Assembly (NCBI GenBank): GCA_951406725.2 | Contig: OX597826.1 | Span: forward strand, 24,428,001 to 24,492,000 | Source: Octopus vulgaris | Lineage: Eukaryota | DNA length: 64,000 bases | Direction: 5' to 3' | In this document: positions 1 through 12,367 of the stretch, piece after piece | Numbering within the stretch: the stretch's first letter is position 1 | Layout: the number at the start of each line of letters is the position of its first letter | Notes under the pieces: generated by a model | The model's database searches: none | Told to the model about the DNA's origin: nothing | The model's input: the letters and a program-made list of their open reading frames with translations, nothing else | Program-made: the position numbers and the translations under genes

Positions 1-1116
1 GATTTTTATGCACATATTTCAAAATATGTTAAAAGGATTTTGCTCCTGAAAAATGGAGGTCATGGAGCTCTAAAATGTGAGAGTTAAGGCCTTTATTGGG
101 GGGTGGGTATCTTAATGTCAACCAGAGAAGTTGAATTGTTGAGAATCTTTTTAACTTGGGTCTTATATCTATTGTTTGAATTTCTTTGAAATAGGAAATA
201 TATGTTAACTGGGTTTGAAAAAGAGAGCAAAGCTACAGGAAACCAAAAGACGAATGATCACAATAAGCAGTCAGCTAGAGTACCCTAGTCGTTACCACTC
301 CCAATGTAGTATTCCTCACCATCAAGATGACAGGCACAGCCATAAGATGCATTACAAATCTATAGCAATTGGAAGGGCGCGACCTAACTGAAATAAACAT
401 TAACACTGGGTGACGTGAGGGCTAAGGAGAAATGAAAGTTGGAGTTTGCAAATGACCACTATACTGATACGTAACTGGACAGAATAAATATACAATCTAT
501 AAATGTCTTTGAAAAACCAGTCACTCATCTGGGAAGGCCTTGAAATCAATGTTACCATCTGGGTACTATGTGTGACCCAGTGATAATAAAATGACTGAAA
601 GGAATGTCTGCAATCAAATAACTTTACTCAACACTTTGCAGCTGAATCAGTGGAGGCAAAGATGCCTCTCAATTACTTGACAATTTATGCAGCACATTGC
701 AGAAATCACAATGTAAGTGTATGTCAAAGCAAACTGTTACACTGTTGTGCCATTGAAGTAGAAATAATGCTCAACTTTTATGCTTGGGTAACCCTACAGC
801 TTCCAAGAGCACAACTGTATTCGTTTTTGCTTAGATAGAATGACAAAATTGTGGGTGTTAAGTCCCCATGGCAGGGTCTTTCTAACTTGTAAGACAAGGA
901 AATTTTATAAATATTACTTCATTTTTGTCTAACATCTATGGTTAAAATTTCATCAACAGCAAAAATATATGAATTGTCATGGGGGATATGGCCCTTATGC
1001 ATAGAATATAATTTCCAAATTTCATAAAGATCCATTCAGTACTTTTGACCTAGTTTTGGATCATAACAGAAATGACTAAAATTTGGGAGTTAAGGCTCCC
1101 ATTAGGGTGTTATATA

Positions 1117-1812
1117 TCATCATCATCATCATTGTTTAGCGTCTGCTTTCCATGCTAGCATGGGTTGGACGGTTCAATTGGGGTCTGAGAAGCCAGAAGG
1201 CTGCACCAGGCCCAGTCTGATCTGGCAATGTTTCTACGGCTGGATGCCCTTCCTAACGCCAACCACTCCGTGAGTGTAGTGGGTGCTTTTTACGTGCCAC
1301 CAGCACAGGTGCCAGACGAGGCTAGCAACGGCCACGATCGGATGGTCCTTTTTACATGCCACCTGCACGGAGGCCAGTTGGAGCAGCACTGGCAATGGCC
1401 ACGTTTGGATGGTTCTCTTACATACCACCGGCACTGGTATCACAACTACAATTTCCATTAATGTTGATCGATTTCGATTTTGATTTTCACTTGCCTCAAC
1501 AGGTCTTCACAAGTAGAGTTTTGTGTCCCAAGAAGGAAAGGTATGCATAAGTGGACTGGCTACATCCCAGGTAGAGGCCACGGGTTATGGTCTCACTTGT
1601 CCTGCTGGGTCTTCTCACGCACAGCATACTTCCAAAGGTCTCAGTCTCTTGTCATTTCCTCGGTGAGACCTAAAGTTCGAAGGTCGTGCTTCACCACCTC
1701 GTCCCAGGCTTTCCTGGGTCTACCTCTTCCACAGGTTCTCTCAACCGCTAGGGTGTGGCACTTTTTCACACAACTATCTTCATCCATTCTCACCACATGG
1801 CCATATCAGCGC
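1117..1812 (-). mobile_element. RTE-clade LINE, 3' fragment (RT C-terminus, 3'UTR, (GAT)n tail)
   Basis: Minus strand reads GHVVRMDEDSCVKKCHTLAVERTCGRGRPRKAWDEVVKHDL. It ends in a (CAT)n run at ~1117-1132, and its 3'UTR resembles 50520-50695. Confidence 0.8.
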
Positions 1813-2082
1813 AAACGTCAATGGCCATATTAAAAAATACCTTTAAAGGTTAAATTTATAAACAAGGGTAAAAGAAAAAATTTCTAATGCCAAATATGCC
1901 GAAACTAGACCACAACATCCATAACTACATAAATCATCACTATAAGCACATGTCTCAAAGAAAACCAACAGAAATTTCTAAAAAAATTCCGTTATTATCA
2001 TATCGGACCCGATTTCAGAGTTAGTTGATAAGAACCTTCTCTTTGTCAGTGATAAATGCGGCAAAGGAATAAATGAAATACT

Positions 2083-3262
2083 GGATCTTTTCCTTTTGAT
2101 GGACGGAATTTTCTAGTTAACTAAACAATTTGAAACTTCGTATACTGGTAGAATGTGTCAAAAGAAAACATTATTGTAAACAAAATTGTAATTTGTAAGT
2201 TTAACCAATGAAATGCCAGCATTTGAGCTCAAATCATTTGCTGCATTATCGATATTGATAAACAAACGAGACACGCCGCATACACACACACATATATTCA
2301 GATACATACACACGTACACTTGCACACATACACACACTCTCTCTCTCTCTCAAACACATGCATATACATTTGCACAACCACATAGTAATTAATATATAAG
2401 CGTACACACATACAAACGGGGATATACATACGCACACAAGCATACATACACGTTCGTGAGTTCGCACTGGTGTCGATAGAATCGACTTAATACTTTTGTA
2501 TCTCATGCTTTGTCCCCTCTGTGTTTTGCACCTTGCCGCAACAAATTTACACAAAAGGTAAATAAACCAGAAGGGGGGGGGTCAATGTTTCATCGTTTCG
2601 GGGTCGATAAATTAAGTACCAATTACGCACTGGTGTCGAGGAATTTTTCCCCAATTTATATCACAGCCTCTGACAAGCTGGGGCATCCTTTTATGAAAAA
2701 ATATTTCGCAAATTTTTACAATACGACCCACACTCCACGCGCACCCTCTAGACCGATTTAGGCATATTATTGTTTTGTTTTTGTTGTTTCTGGCCCTTCG
2801 GTAAAAAAAAATAAAGAAAATATTCAAAAAATATCGTTAATATTTTTATTGGGCGACGAAATTCATCGATTTAAGAGATATAGCTGTTATTTCTAGCACA
2901 TGCCTCCTCCTTCCGCTTTTGTTTATCAATAGACAGAAGAGAGAAGGATGAATAACACGTGTGTGTGTGTGCCTCCTCCTTTGTTTATCAATATCGATGA
3001 GCCAGACAGACAGAAGAGAGAAGGATGAATAACATGTATGTGTGTGTGCTGTTTATATTGTCTGAGTTTTAAGACGCAGAAAATGATTTGAGCTCAAATG
3101 CTGGCATTTCATTGGTTAAAATTCGAAGAATTAAACTACGTTAAACTTACAAATTACAATTTTGTTTACAATAATGTTTTCTTTTGATACATTCTACCAG
3201 TATACGAAGTTTCAAATTGTTTAGTTAACTAGAAAATTCCGTCCATCAAAAGGAAAAGATCT
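2083..3262. mobile_element. Non-autonomous TIR DNA transposon (MITE), probably Merlin superfamily
   Basis: Terminal inverted repeats of ~160 bp (GGATCTTTTCCTTTTGATGGACGG... / ...CCGTCCATCAAAAGGAAAAGATCT). Flanked by the direct repeat GAAATACT at 2075-2082 and 3263-3270. GG termini with 8-9 bp TSDs are characteristic of Merlin. Confidence 0.85.
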
Positions 3263-3420
3263 GAAATACTTACTCATACCCATGGAAGAAGCAAACACTA
3301 AGTCTTGAGCACAATTAAGTACCCCAAATACATCCAAAATAGAAATTCTCCAGCCCATTCGAGACACGTACGATTCGAACGGAAAACTCTCAAAGCGTGA
3401 GAGAGTCCGGAAGTGAACAC

Positions 3421-3745
3421 GGCGATGTTACGATATAAGTACCGGTGTACTTCCGGAAGTACCAGATGCATTACAAAAAGGTTAGAGGTTAGGGGTGGGA
3501 GAAAAGGGTTTCTGTTATCTTCAGAAATGTAAACAAAGTCACGTGTGTACATATAACGAAGCATCGCCACATACCTTAACCCCCCATATATAAAAAAAAA
3601 CTTATTTGAAATGTATCTGGTACTTCCGGAAGTACACCGGTACTTATACCGTAACATCGCCAAAGGCGATCCTTCGGTATAGGTACTGTAAGTGGCTTTG
3701 TTTACATTTCTGAAGATAACAGAAACCCTTTTCTCCCACCCCTAA
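3421..3745. mobile_element. Rearranged cluster of GGCGAT...ATCGCC MITE copies
   Basis: 3421-3472 is an inverted repeat of 3610-3661. The internal sequence (GTTTACATTTCTGAAGATAACAGAAACCCTTTTCTC) is shared with the elements at 24441 and 60536. Confidence 0.7.
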
Positions 3746-4199
3746 CAAAAAAAAAATTTATTTACACACGCTGATATATGACATACGTTGGACCCCTTAT
3801 TTGCATAATCACCGAACCTGGTACTTAACTATGGTCTATCCATAGCACTTATTCAGCATTACTTGACACCTTTGGGTCTCGTTGTAGAGAGTGAGGTGGA
3901 GGAATGAAAATAGATGTGAGATATGCAGGGATATTGTATTTGTAGATCCATTATTTAGGCAGAATGGTATACATATAAGATACCAATACCTTATGAGTAA
4001 AATCCAATAGTATTTTTCGTGCGGGTGTTAATATAGAAATTTACTATTAGCAGTTCGACAAAAAAGCGACCCATAGAATAAAAAGCCTGTCATTTATTAA
4101 AATGAAATAGCAACTAGTGAGATCGATTTATCTCGCTACACTCTTCAAGGCGGTGCCTTTCATGGCAACGGTCTAATAAATCTTTCGAAATACATTCGG

Positions 4200-4630
4200 G
4201 TATTAAAAATAGAGTTACTTCCCCCTTAGCAATATCTTCTTAGTTCTTCATTATTACTTTTCCTCGCTAAACTTGCAATTAATTACTAAAACATTTACAT
4301 TTACTTCGACAGAACTAGTTTATAACTGACACTTAGGCAATCATATTAACTGTAAATAATTGCTAATTAACTTAACGTCAACGTTTGCTGTAAAAGAAAA
4401 GTCACGACGACCGCTAGAAATAACCACTCTAAATTAAGTACCGTCTCTTTCAATTATATTGTGCTATCTTCCTCGTCGGTTGTATATTAATATGTAAGTA
4501 TTATTAATATGAACATCTGTATTGTATACGTGTCACTTTTACATACATCTAGTTGTTTTGTTGTGAATAGCTGAAATAAAAGAAGGAAACTGAAGAAAAG
4601 ACAGATACCTCACGAAATAATGATGTTGGT
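4200..4630 (+). repeat. Orphan copy of the ZNF-unit upstream block
   Basis: TATTAAAAATAGAGTTACTT...AACGTCAACGTTT...CTTCCTCGTCGG matches 10057-10490 and 24251-24800, and in reverse 44280-44895 and 60960-61535. No promoter or ZNF follows this copy. Confidence 0.8.
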
Positions 4631-5292
4631 TTTGTGCCCGGGTCAGACGCTTTCGGAAATTCCCGATGTGAATTTTCCGAGGCCTCTCCCTCACTCCCCT
4701 TTCGCGTGCGCGCGTGTTTTTTTTTTCATATTCGTTTAGAGGAAGTTGTTTTAGACCTATAACACAATTTATTTGGTTAATATAGGGCGTTACGCATATC
4801 AGAAAATCAAAAAAAAAATGTGTGTAATAGGTGTAAAACAACTTCCTATGAACGAATATGAAAAAAAAAATTCGCGCACGCGAAAGGGGGTGGGGGAGAG
4901 GACCTCGGAAAATTCACATCGGGAAGTTCCGAAAGCGTCTGAGGGGCTGACCCGGGCACCAAAACAAAAAAAAATAGTGTAACATGTGTAAAACAACTTG
5001 CTCTAAACGAATATGACAAAAAAAATTCGCACTCGCGAAAGAGGGGTGGGGGAGAGGCTTCGGAAAATTTATATCGGGAATTTCCGAAAGCGTCTGAACC
5101 GGGCACAAAAACAAAAACAAAAACAGCGTAATAGGTGTAAAACAACTTGCTCTAAACGACTATGATGAAAAAAATGCGCGCTCGCGAAAGGGGGGTGGGG
5201 GAGAGGCTTCGGAAATTTCCCATCTTCAGTCCACGGCCTTTAAACTAAGAAAAAATAGTGTAATTGGTGTAAAACTACTTGTTCTAAACGAG
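4630..5292. repeat. ~150-bp unit: one inverted copy followed by about 3 tandem copies
   Basis: 4630-4765 is the reverse complement of ~4820-4965. The unit GTGTAATAGGTGTAAAACAACTT...GGGGTGGGGGAGAGG..TCGGAAA recurs at ~4822, ~4977 and ~5128, and partially at ~5258. Confidence 0.85.
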
Positions 5293-5599
5293 TATCAAGA
5301 ACACACACTCACACATGAATCATAAACTCCGTATTTTTGTACATATTTCGCAAAAAAAAAAAATAAAGAGAAGAAATTCTGGAAAAAGTGAAGAAATGTT
5401 GGATCTCCGCTATGTGAATCAAAATACGTGTCAGAAACATCTTGAAATACTACAGAAATTATGTTACGAAAATGATAATGTATACATACCTCTTTGAGTG
5501 GTCCATCGACAGTGTTGATAAAGAAATGAGATGGGTTGCGTTTGGAGGAAAAAATTATCGCGGGCCAGGATAAAGACTTGCTGCTGCCAATAAGAATAC

Positions 5600-5890
5600 G
5601 TGTATTCTCTTGGCAGCAGGTTTAATGCTGTCCAAAAAAGGAACTTCGCCATGTATTGTTTTAGGTAACAGGCACGAATGCCTGGGCGAACAACCGATTT
5701 CTTCACTGACCCCCACAATCTCTCTATCGTCTGTGTGTGCACCGACGCGTTTGTCGGATCCACAAAGTGAGTATACCCGAGATTTCCAAGAGAGTTATAT
5801 GCACCCCAAGAATCGCTATATACTACCGACCCTTGGCGTATATATCGGGTAATTAAGGGGATCAGTGAGGCGGCATCTCGCCTTTCCTCT
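5600..5890 (-). mobile_element. Merlin/IS1595-like (ISXO2-type DDE) transposase fragment
   Basis: In-frame translation RRDAASLIPLITRYIRQGSVVYSDSWGAYNSLGNLGYTHFVDPTNASVHTQTIERLWGSVKK carries the SD.W.AY and FVDP...HTQ.IE..W motifs. Confidence 0.85.
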
Positions 5891-6109
5891 TCGTATTAAT
5901 GACGAAATAATTGTAAATGAAGTATTAAAATGATTTAACTCCATTCTTTTGATATTTGTCATTACAAAAACTCAATGGATATTTGTGGATTTTCAGATAA
6001 TTCAAGTGATAGAGAAAAATAGCTTCTGACCTTTCAATCTCTTGATAGCCAATATCTTCAGAATTGTTTCATGTGGTAAACACATGGTTTACATAACCCA
6101 ACTCATTTT

Positions 6110-6212
6110 TCATCATCATCTGTTTTCCCTCCTGGCATGGGTTGGACTGTCCCCAGCCAAACCATCCAACCCATGCCAGCATGGAAAACGGACGTTAAAT
6201 GATGATGATGAT
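6110..6212. repeat. Short palindrome made of two outward-facing RTE 3' ends
   Basis: TCATCATCATC...CTGGCATGGGTTGGA ... TCCAACCCATGCCAGCATGGAAAACGGACGTTAAATGATGATGATGA. Confidence 0.7.
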
Positions 6213-6264
6213 ATATATATATTTATATATATCAAATGTTGAGAGTATAGATGTGTATATACAT

Positions 6265-6800
6265 ATACGCCTGATCGGTACGTATCCGGACTGTTGGCAT
6301 AGTAACATAGCTAAAGCATGCAGAGTGATGCCCCTTGGCAAAGATTGATCTTGAACTCTGCTGTGCATGTGCACTAAGTTTTAACATTCTAGCTCTCTTC
6401 CACTGTTTACAGCAGTGCTTCGAAGGAAGGTGTGTAGCGTGTGATCATCACATTGACCATGACAGAGAAAATTGTCATGGTGATACCTGCACAAAGTTTC
6501 AGAAAGTCTATGGGGAGGAGTATATGAGCCACAAGCAATTGTACAAGTGGTTCGGATGTTTCCAAGATAGCAAAAAATGATATTGACAAACGTTCTGGGA
6601 GACCCCGCAACCAGCAGAACTGAGAAAAATATCGCAACTGTGAGAGGAATTGTGAGTTATCAGAGGATATGCAGATTAGCTACGGTTCAGTTCAGTCCAT
6701 TATATCTTAAAGGGAGATAGGTTTCTGAGCAGGTATCACCAGGTTTTTGGTAAAATTTGATGCAGACCCTCTGCTCAGCTTTCTTTGTCATAGTCCCTGT
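6265..6800 (+). mobile_element. Degenerate mariner/Tc1 element (N-terminal HTH region)
   Basis: KFQKVYGEEYMSHKQLYKWFGCFQD followed, after a stop, by DKRSGRP. This resembles the mariner HTH plus GRPR linker. Confidence 0.6.
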
Positions 6801-7739
6801 GATAATCACATACTACACACCTTGGGATCAATAATGAAATCAATAAAAGTCATAATTAATTCAATCAGCTTCTGTAGAATAAAGCTGATGAGAGACAGTT
6901 TTCCTGGATAGAACACCAGTATATTAAAGATGTATATACTAAAGTCATGGCACCCTATTTTCAACTGCTAGGAGACCTGAAGGTAAGTAGAATATGGTGT
7001 CCTGCATAGAATGAGAATAGAAAGGACTAAAGTGAATTTAAAGTGATAAGACATTGAGTTATCCACTTAGCCATTTGACCTATCTCAATAGCAATCATTT
7101 CACATTATTGCAGCCTCAGCATCCTTGTCACTGTGTAAAGAAGGTAAAAGGGCCCAGTAACAGTTGCAAAAAAAAAAAAATCAAGTAATCTGCCTGTAGA
7201 CGATCATGTCAGTCAGTAACAAACCTAAAGCAGTAACTGACTGACCTACCCAAGGTCTTTATCATAATACTAAGTAGACTCATCATTACTACCCATAGTT
7301 AATAAAAGGGTGAATCTTTTAACCTGTGAACAATATTCATCTTAAGTCAGTATCCAAAGTAGAGAATAAACATATCTTCTTAATTTCTTAGAAATAGCAG
7401 CAAAATATCACTCAAATCACATCCTATCATCTTAGAACTGAAGGACACATTGGGTAATCTAGTCCTAAATATACTGTGTCTAAAGAATAGATGGGATGGT
7501 CATAAATAGACTGCTTGTGATCACAAGTCTGTTCACAAAGAAATCCTGTATGGCCAAACAAACACTTGCTTTTGAATGATTGTTTCTGGCTATTTGTTTT
7601 GTCTCCCAACCCCTGTGATTGTTATATTTTTAAAATGTGATGATACGGCTATTAATTGTCAGACAAATAAACTTATGAAGACACGCAAATGATACCAGCA
7701 GCTAACAAACTCAATTCTCCTCTACGTCGGTCACGGAAT

Positions 7740-9455
7740 CATGTCTTCCATCTCCTCTGTATTTATTGACATTTGTTGATATCACAGACACGTCGGTGCT
7801 TCCACACACCAGTGTAAAAAGCCTTGTTCCTTTTCTAATCAGGTAATTGAGCATGTGACCACCCTAGCCAGTGCACACTCATAATCATGCATTCTTTGTC
7901 ACCGATTTGTCTTCTCTGCTTGATTGACATGAGTGCAGTTTGTCGTATTTGGCCCTTGAAACTTCTGAAGGCTAAACCCCCACTTTCCCCAATTTCTCAG
8001 CAAGCTGACAATCATTCTGCTGTCCCTACTTATGGCCAAATCCCTTGCTCTCTGGATCTGGACTTGCATAGTGAGTTCACAAATACTTTCCTTGGGAAAC
8101 TCATCACCTAGATTTTTTTTTCCCTGTTTACAAATGATATTCTCCATATCTCTGGTGCACAGAATGCAGTGGCAGGTGCTCTCTCTAGCCTTTGTGTATA
8201 TTTTTGTTATCACCTTTAGATATCGGTCTTCATTTTCTTTTTGCATATCAGCCTCCCCTAGAGTTGATCAATCTTGCTTCCCCTGAATTTGTGACATGTA
8301 AATTCAAGTGCTTGCCTGTGCCTATTTCTGATGCATTATGTGACATCTCAATGGTTACACCTCATCCTCTTGTTCCAGAGACTCAACATAGAACTGTTTA
8401 CCACACTCTGCATAGTCTCTCACATCTCAGAACTTCAGCCACAGTTAAACTCATTTCAGTTGGATTCTTCTGGCCAAATATGAGATGGGATATCACTGCT
8501 TGGTCGTGTTCTTGCCTTTTCTGCCAGAAATCAAAGGTGCATAAACACCTTATCCATATTGATCTAGTTGGACTGTGCCCAGCAGGCTTTACGTATCTCC
8601 TGACTTGCATCGACCACTTTACAAATTGGCCTGAAGCCATCCCTTTATGTGATATTACACCAGAATCAGTAGCGAGAGCCCTGGTATCGGGTTGGATATC
8701 ATGCTACAGCATTCCTACCACGCTCACCACTGACCATGGTAGGCAGTTCAGATCCTCACTTTTCCAGGAGCTTTTGAAAATTCTAGGTGCATGGCTTCAA
8801 ATGATATGGTGGCACATTTCCACCTTAAAATTGAAGGCTGCACTGCGTACGTATCCTGACCAACATCAATGGAGTGAGTATCAACCCATTGTTCTTCTGG
8901 GCTGCTATTCAGCCGTTCAAGGAAGATATTCGATCCTCTCCAGTGAAGCTGCTTAATGGAGTACCATTATCCTTGCTAGGTCAGATGCTGGCCCCAGAGG
9001 ATTTATCCTCCCAAGATCCTGCTCTTTACATTAACAGACTTCGGTCGTATTTCTCTAATCTTCTGCCAATGACCTCTCGGCAATAGACATCATTGATCTT
9101 GAAGGACATTCCTTCATTGACCCATGTATTTCTTTGCAATGACTCTGTGAGAAGTCCTCTTACACCACCATACACAAGACCTTACTGCATCCTTTCCAAC
9201 ACTAACAAACTTTTCACCATAGCCATTCATGGGAGAAAAGTAACTGTATCAATCGACTGGGTAAAACGGGCTTTTACAGGTGCTCTTACAGCAGAGCCAC
9301 ATGCTCCAACCACATATACTGCACAACATGAACTAATTGCTGCACCATCGCATTCATCACAATCACACATATCTCCCCCACCTTCTCCAACATGTGACAA
9401 CGACCTGTAGTGGTCGGCAGGCACACTATCCCAGTAAATTATCCAAGGACATTTA
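7740..9455 (+). mobile_element. Ty3/Gypsy relic (gag end, protease, integrase; RT deleted), copy 1
   Basis: ORF 8192-8956 has the integrase HHCC and core (HIDLVG, LLTCIDHFTNWPEAIP, TTDHGRQF). ORF 9093-9410 has the PLTPPYTRPY...VSIDWVK GPY/F-like module. Paralogous to 19400-23127. Confidence 0.85.
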
Positions 9456-9774
9456 CATTATCTAAGTCAGTGGTTCTCAACCTTTTCCCAGCCATTGTCC
9501 CCTAAAAGCTATTTTTGACGTAAGCTAATTCATAATTGCCCACCAAAAACTGTTAAAAAAATTTTTCTTTCCTTCCATGTGTGATTGACAGTATTAAATC
9601 CGGTTTCGACAACGTATGATGTCAGGAAACACAGAAGGGACTATCAACATTTGTGACCATCATTTCGAATATAGTGACTTTACAGTGTCTGATTGCCAAA
9701 ATTCAGACAATCTTTTTTGAAATTAATTTAAAATTCACCATTACATTTCATCTCGAAAACTGCCGGGGAGTGGC

Positions 9775-10050
9775 AGAGACTGTTTATTACCTGGTGTTTC
9801 AAGTGCCAAGATTGCACATGGCTGGAAACTGTGTGGAGACAAAGCCTGAACCCATTTGCTACAGGTACGGGCAGACTGAGCATATCGCTCGAAACTGCAG
9901 CCAGGGAAAAGGCCACAGGGAAAGTGCTACCTCTCAAACTTCCCAGAACAAATAGAGGTTTTTATTGCGCTCACCAGTCAAAATTGCCATGTTGTTACAG
10001 GAGAGATACAAAGACGACGTACATTTGTACCTTTTATTCCAGTTGGCTAA
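9775..10050 (+). repeat. Zinc-knuckle-like retroelement relic shared by the units
   Basis: CYRYGQTEHIARNC, a degenerate CCHC motif. Paralogous to 23130-23430 and, inverted, to 18820-19030. Confidence 0.55.
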
Positions 10051-10931
10051 TTAGGTATTAAAAATAGAGTTACTTCTCCATTAACAGTTACTTGGTAGTT
10101 CTTCATAATTACTTGTGCTCGCTAAACTTGCTATGATTTAATTAAACATTTACATTTATTTCCTCAGAACTAGTTTGCAACTAACACTTAGGAGATCATA
10201 TTAACTGTAAATAATTGCTAATTAACTTAACGTCAACGTTTACTGTAAAAGAAGTCTCGACGACCGCTAGAAAAAAGCATTCTAAATTAACTCCTGTCTC
10301 TATCAATTATATTGTGCTATCTTCCTCGTCGGTAGTATATTGGATATGTAAGTATTATTAATATGTACATCTGTATCGTATACGTGTCACTTTTACATAC
10401 ATCAATTTGTTTTGTTGAGAATAGCAGAAATAAAAGAAGGAAACTGAAGAAGAAAAGATATCTCGCGAAAGAACGATGTTGAGTTTATAATTTCACTGCT
10501 TCTTTTTTTCTTTTAATTCTTTATTTCAGTTTTCATTGTTCCCAGTATTAAGAGCCATGGAATAACACAATCGTTAGAGAATCGAGGGGAAAGTCTTGCA
10601 GACTGCTTCTTACGTCCGGAATTTAAATCCTGTGGTTTTTCATCTCTCCGCTGTCATCTTCGCCTTTCAATCCCCAAAATGATAAAATAAACTACGTCCG
10701 ACTTCACCCACTAAAATTGCTGTGTTTGTACCTAAATTGGAAACAATCATTAACTATATCTAACTATCGAATGAAAGAGAAAAGATATTTCGTTCTAACG
10801 TCAGCGCAATTTTCTTTCTGTCATCTAAACACGACAAGCTTCAGCTTTTGATCCTGTTAATCAGAAATCGATATTCAAATCTTGCAGTGGAAGTGTAATT
10901 CAACGGAACGCGAAAGGAGAGACGGCGCAGA

Positions 10932-11070
10932 TGACGTCAAGTCACCGTCTTTTTACGTCGTTCTTCTAGAAGTAGTGAGAAGGGATTCGAGTTGTGGAGA
11001 TCAGGCGACTCAACACATGATAACAACTAATTGATCTGACCATGGTACCCAATTTGAATTCGAGGTAAGA
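10932..11070 (+). promoter_or_regulatory. Putative promoter (CRE) and non-coding exon 1 of ZNF-1
   Basis: TGACGTCA at 10932-10939 lies in a CpG-rich patch. Donor GAG|GTAAGA at 11065. The same arrangement occurs in the other three units. Confidence 0.6.
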
Positions 11071-11787
11071 GCAGCTCTATTTTCGTGCCTTTAAACTACA
11101 ATTCCTTAGCACAGAGTTTGAAATCAGTGATAAAACGTTTAAACAATAATTAAGCGAATAAAGTAAACAGCAACATATATGTGTGTGCAAATATGTATAT
11201 AAATACGTACAAAAAGTCTGCATTTATTTATCAGTCTTTATGTAAAAGTAATATGAGTATGTAGATACATGTGTATGTATATAGGACTGTATAGAAGCAT
11301 AGCAAGATATAGGGAGCTCAGGAGTAAGTATGTACAGCTGATGGCTTACACATTGGCCTTTGACTGGCATAATTCACAAGTATCTCTGGTTCTTGTCCAT
11401 ATTCTAAATCTTTCAGTATGGTTTCAAACACGCCAAACACCTTCAGCTGACAGGCGAAATCATGTTGGGCTAACATTGCACCAATAGAGCAATGATTTCT
11501 ACAATGTAATCAGTAGCCAAGGCAAGAGAAGTTCTCAGACAAATTTTCACAGCATCATCTTTTCCTTGATAGAGTTATTCAGAGTGCAGTAATACTCGGA
11601 CACTACCTTAAGGAATTACAGTCAAATCGACCTCGCTAGTTATTTTCTCTTTTAAAGCCTGCTATCAATCTCTTTTGCTGAACTGCTAGATGGCAGGAAC
11701 GTAAACGCATCAACATCAGTTGTCAACCAGTAATGTGGGACAAACATAGTCGCAAATACACACACACATGTTCTTGAGCAAGACACT

Positions 11788-12367
11788 TGTAGTGACGCTA
11801 TTCCAACAGCGCGCGCGCTAACGCCACTTCAGTTCGCGTGTGCGGAGTTTGGAGCCTTCTGTAGAGGCAGAAGGGAAGGGCCCTCTCGCGCATGCGCGAA
11901 GACCGGAAGAAGGAAATGATGATGTGGCGTTCCCCTAAAAAGGGTACAGGGAGACGCATAGCAGCAGTGAGCAGAGCGACTTGAGGCACAGCGACCGAAG
12001 GGAAAGCACGTATTTTCATACGTGTGATCAACTAATTCACGTAGCAGTCGGATAGAAGGCTTTCCACCAGACATTGTTGCAGACTATATTTTCTTCGCTC
12101 CCTAAGGACGCTATATTCGACCAGCTCAGTTTGCTGTTGTACTTGTAAGATTCTTACAAGCGTTAAAGTTTCAGCCTTGCCAATCCATACCAAGTGGAAT
12201 CAAATATACCACCTTATTTCTTACTGTTATAAGAACAATAAAGAGTATATATTTTTACTGTCGCGTTTGTGTTCTTTGACTGGTAGAATCTGGAAATTTA
12301 AGCAACGGAAATTGTGAATGGACCAGTTGCACCCTAAAAGTGCAAGAAGCAACCTATTCCCGTTACA
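11788..12367 (+). mobile_element. Solo LTR (580 bp) in the putative intron 1 of ZNF-1
   Basis: TGTAG...TTACA termini, 4-bp TSD CACT on both sides, internal AATAAA at ~12237. The empty site AGACACTTTATTTC is present in the paralog at ~26035-26048. Confidence 0.85.

Noticed and set aside
300-850. Possible decayed Helitron or other TE coding remnant
   Set aside because: Only faint peptide resemblance by eye; no convincing motif.
2246-2554. 102-aa ORF rich in C/V/M/Y
   Set aside because: It is a translation of degenerate (CA)/(TA) microsatellite inside a MITE.
9467-9770. CAGTGGTTCTCAACC hAT-like left end in a segment absent from the paralog at ~23125
   Set aside because: No matching right TIR or TSD was found, so the element cannot be delimited.
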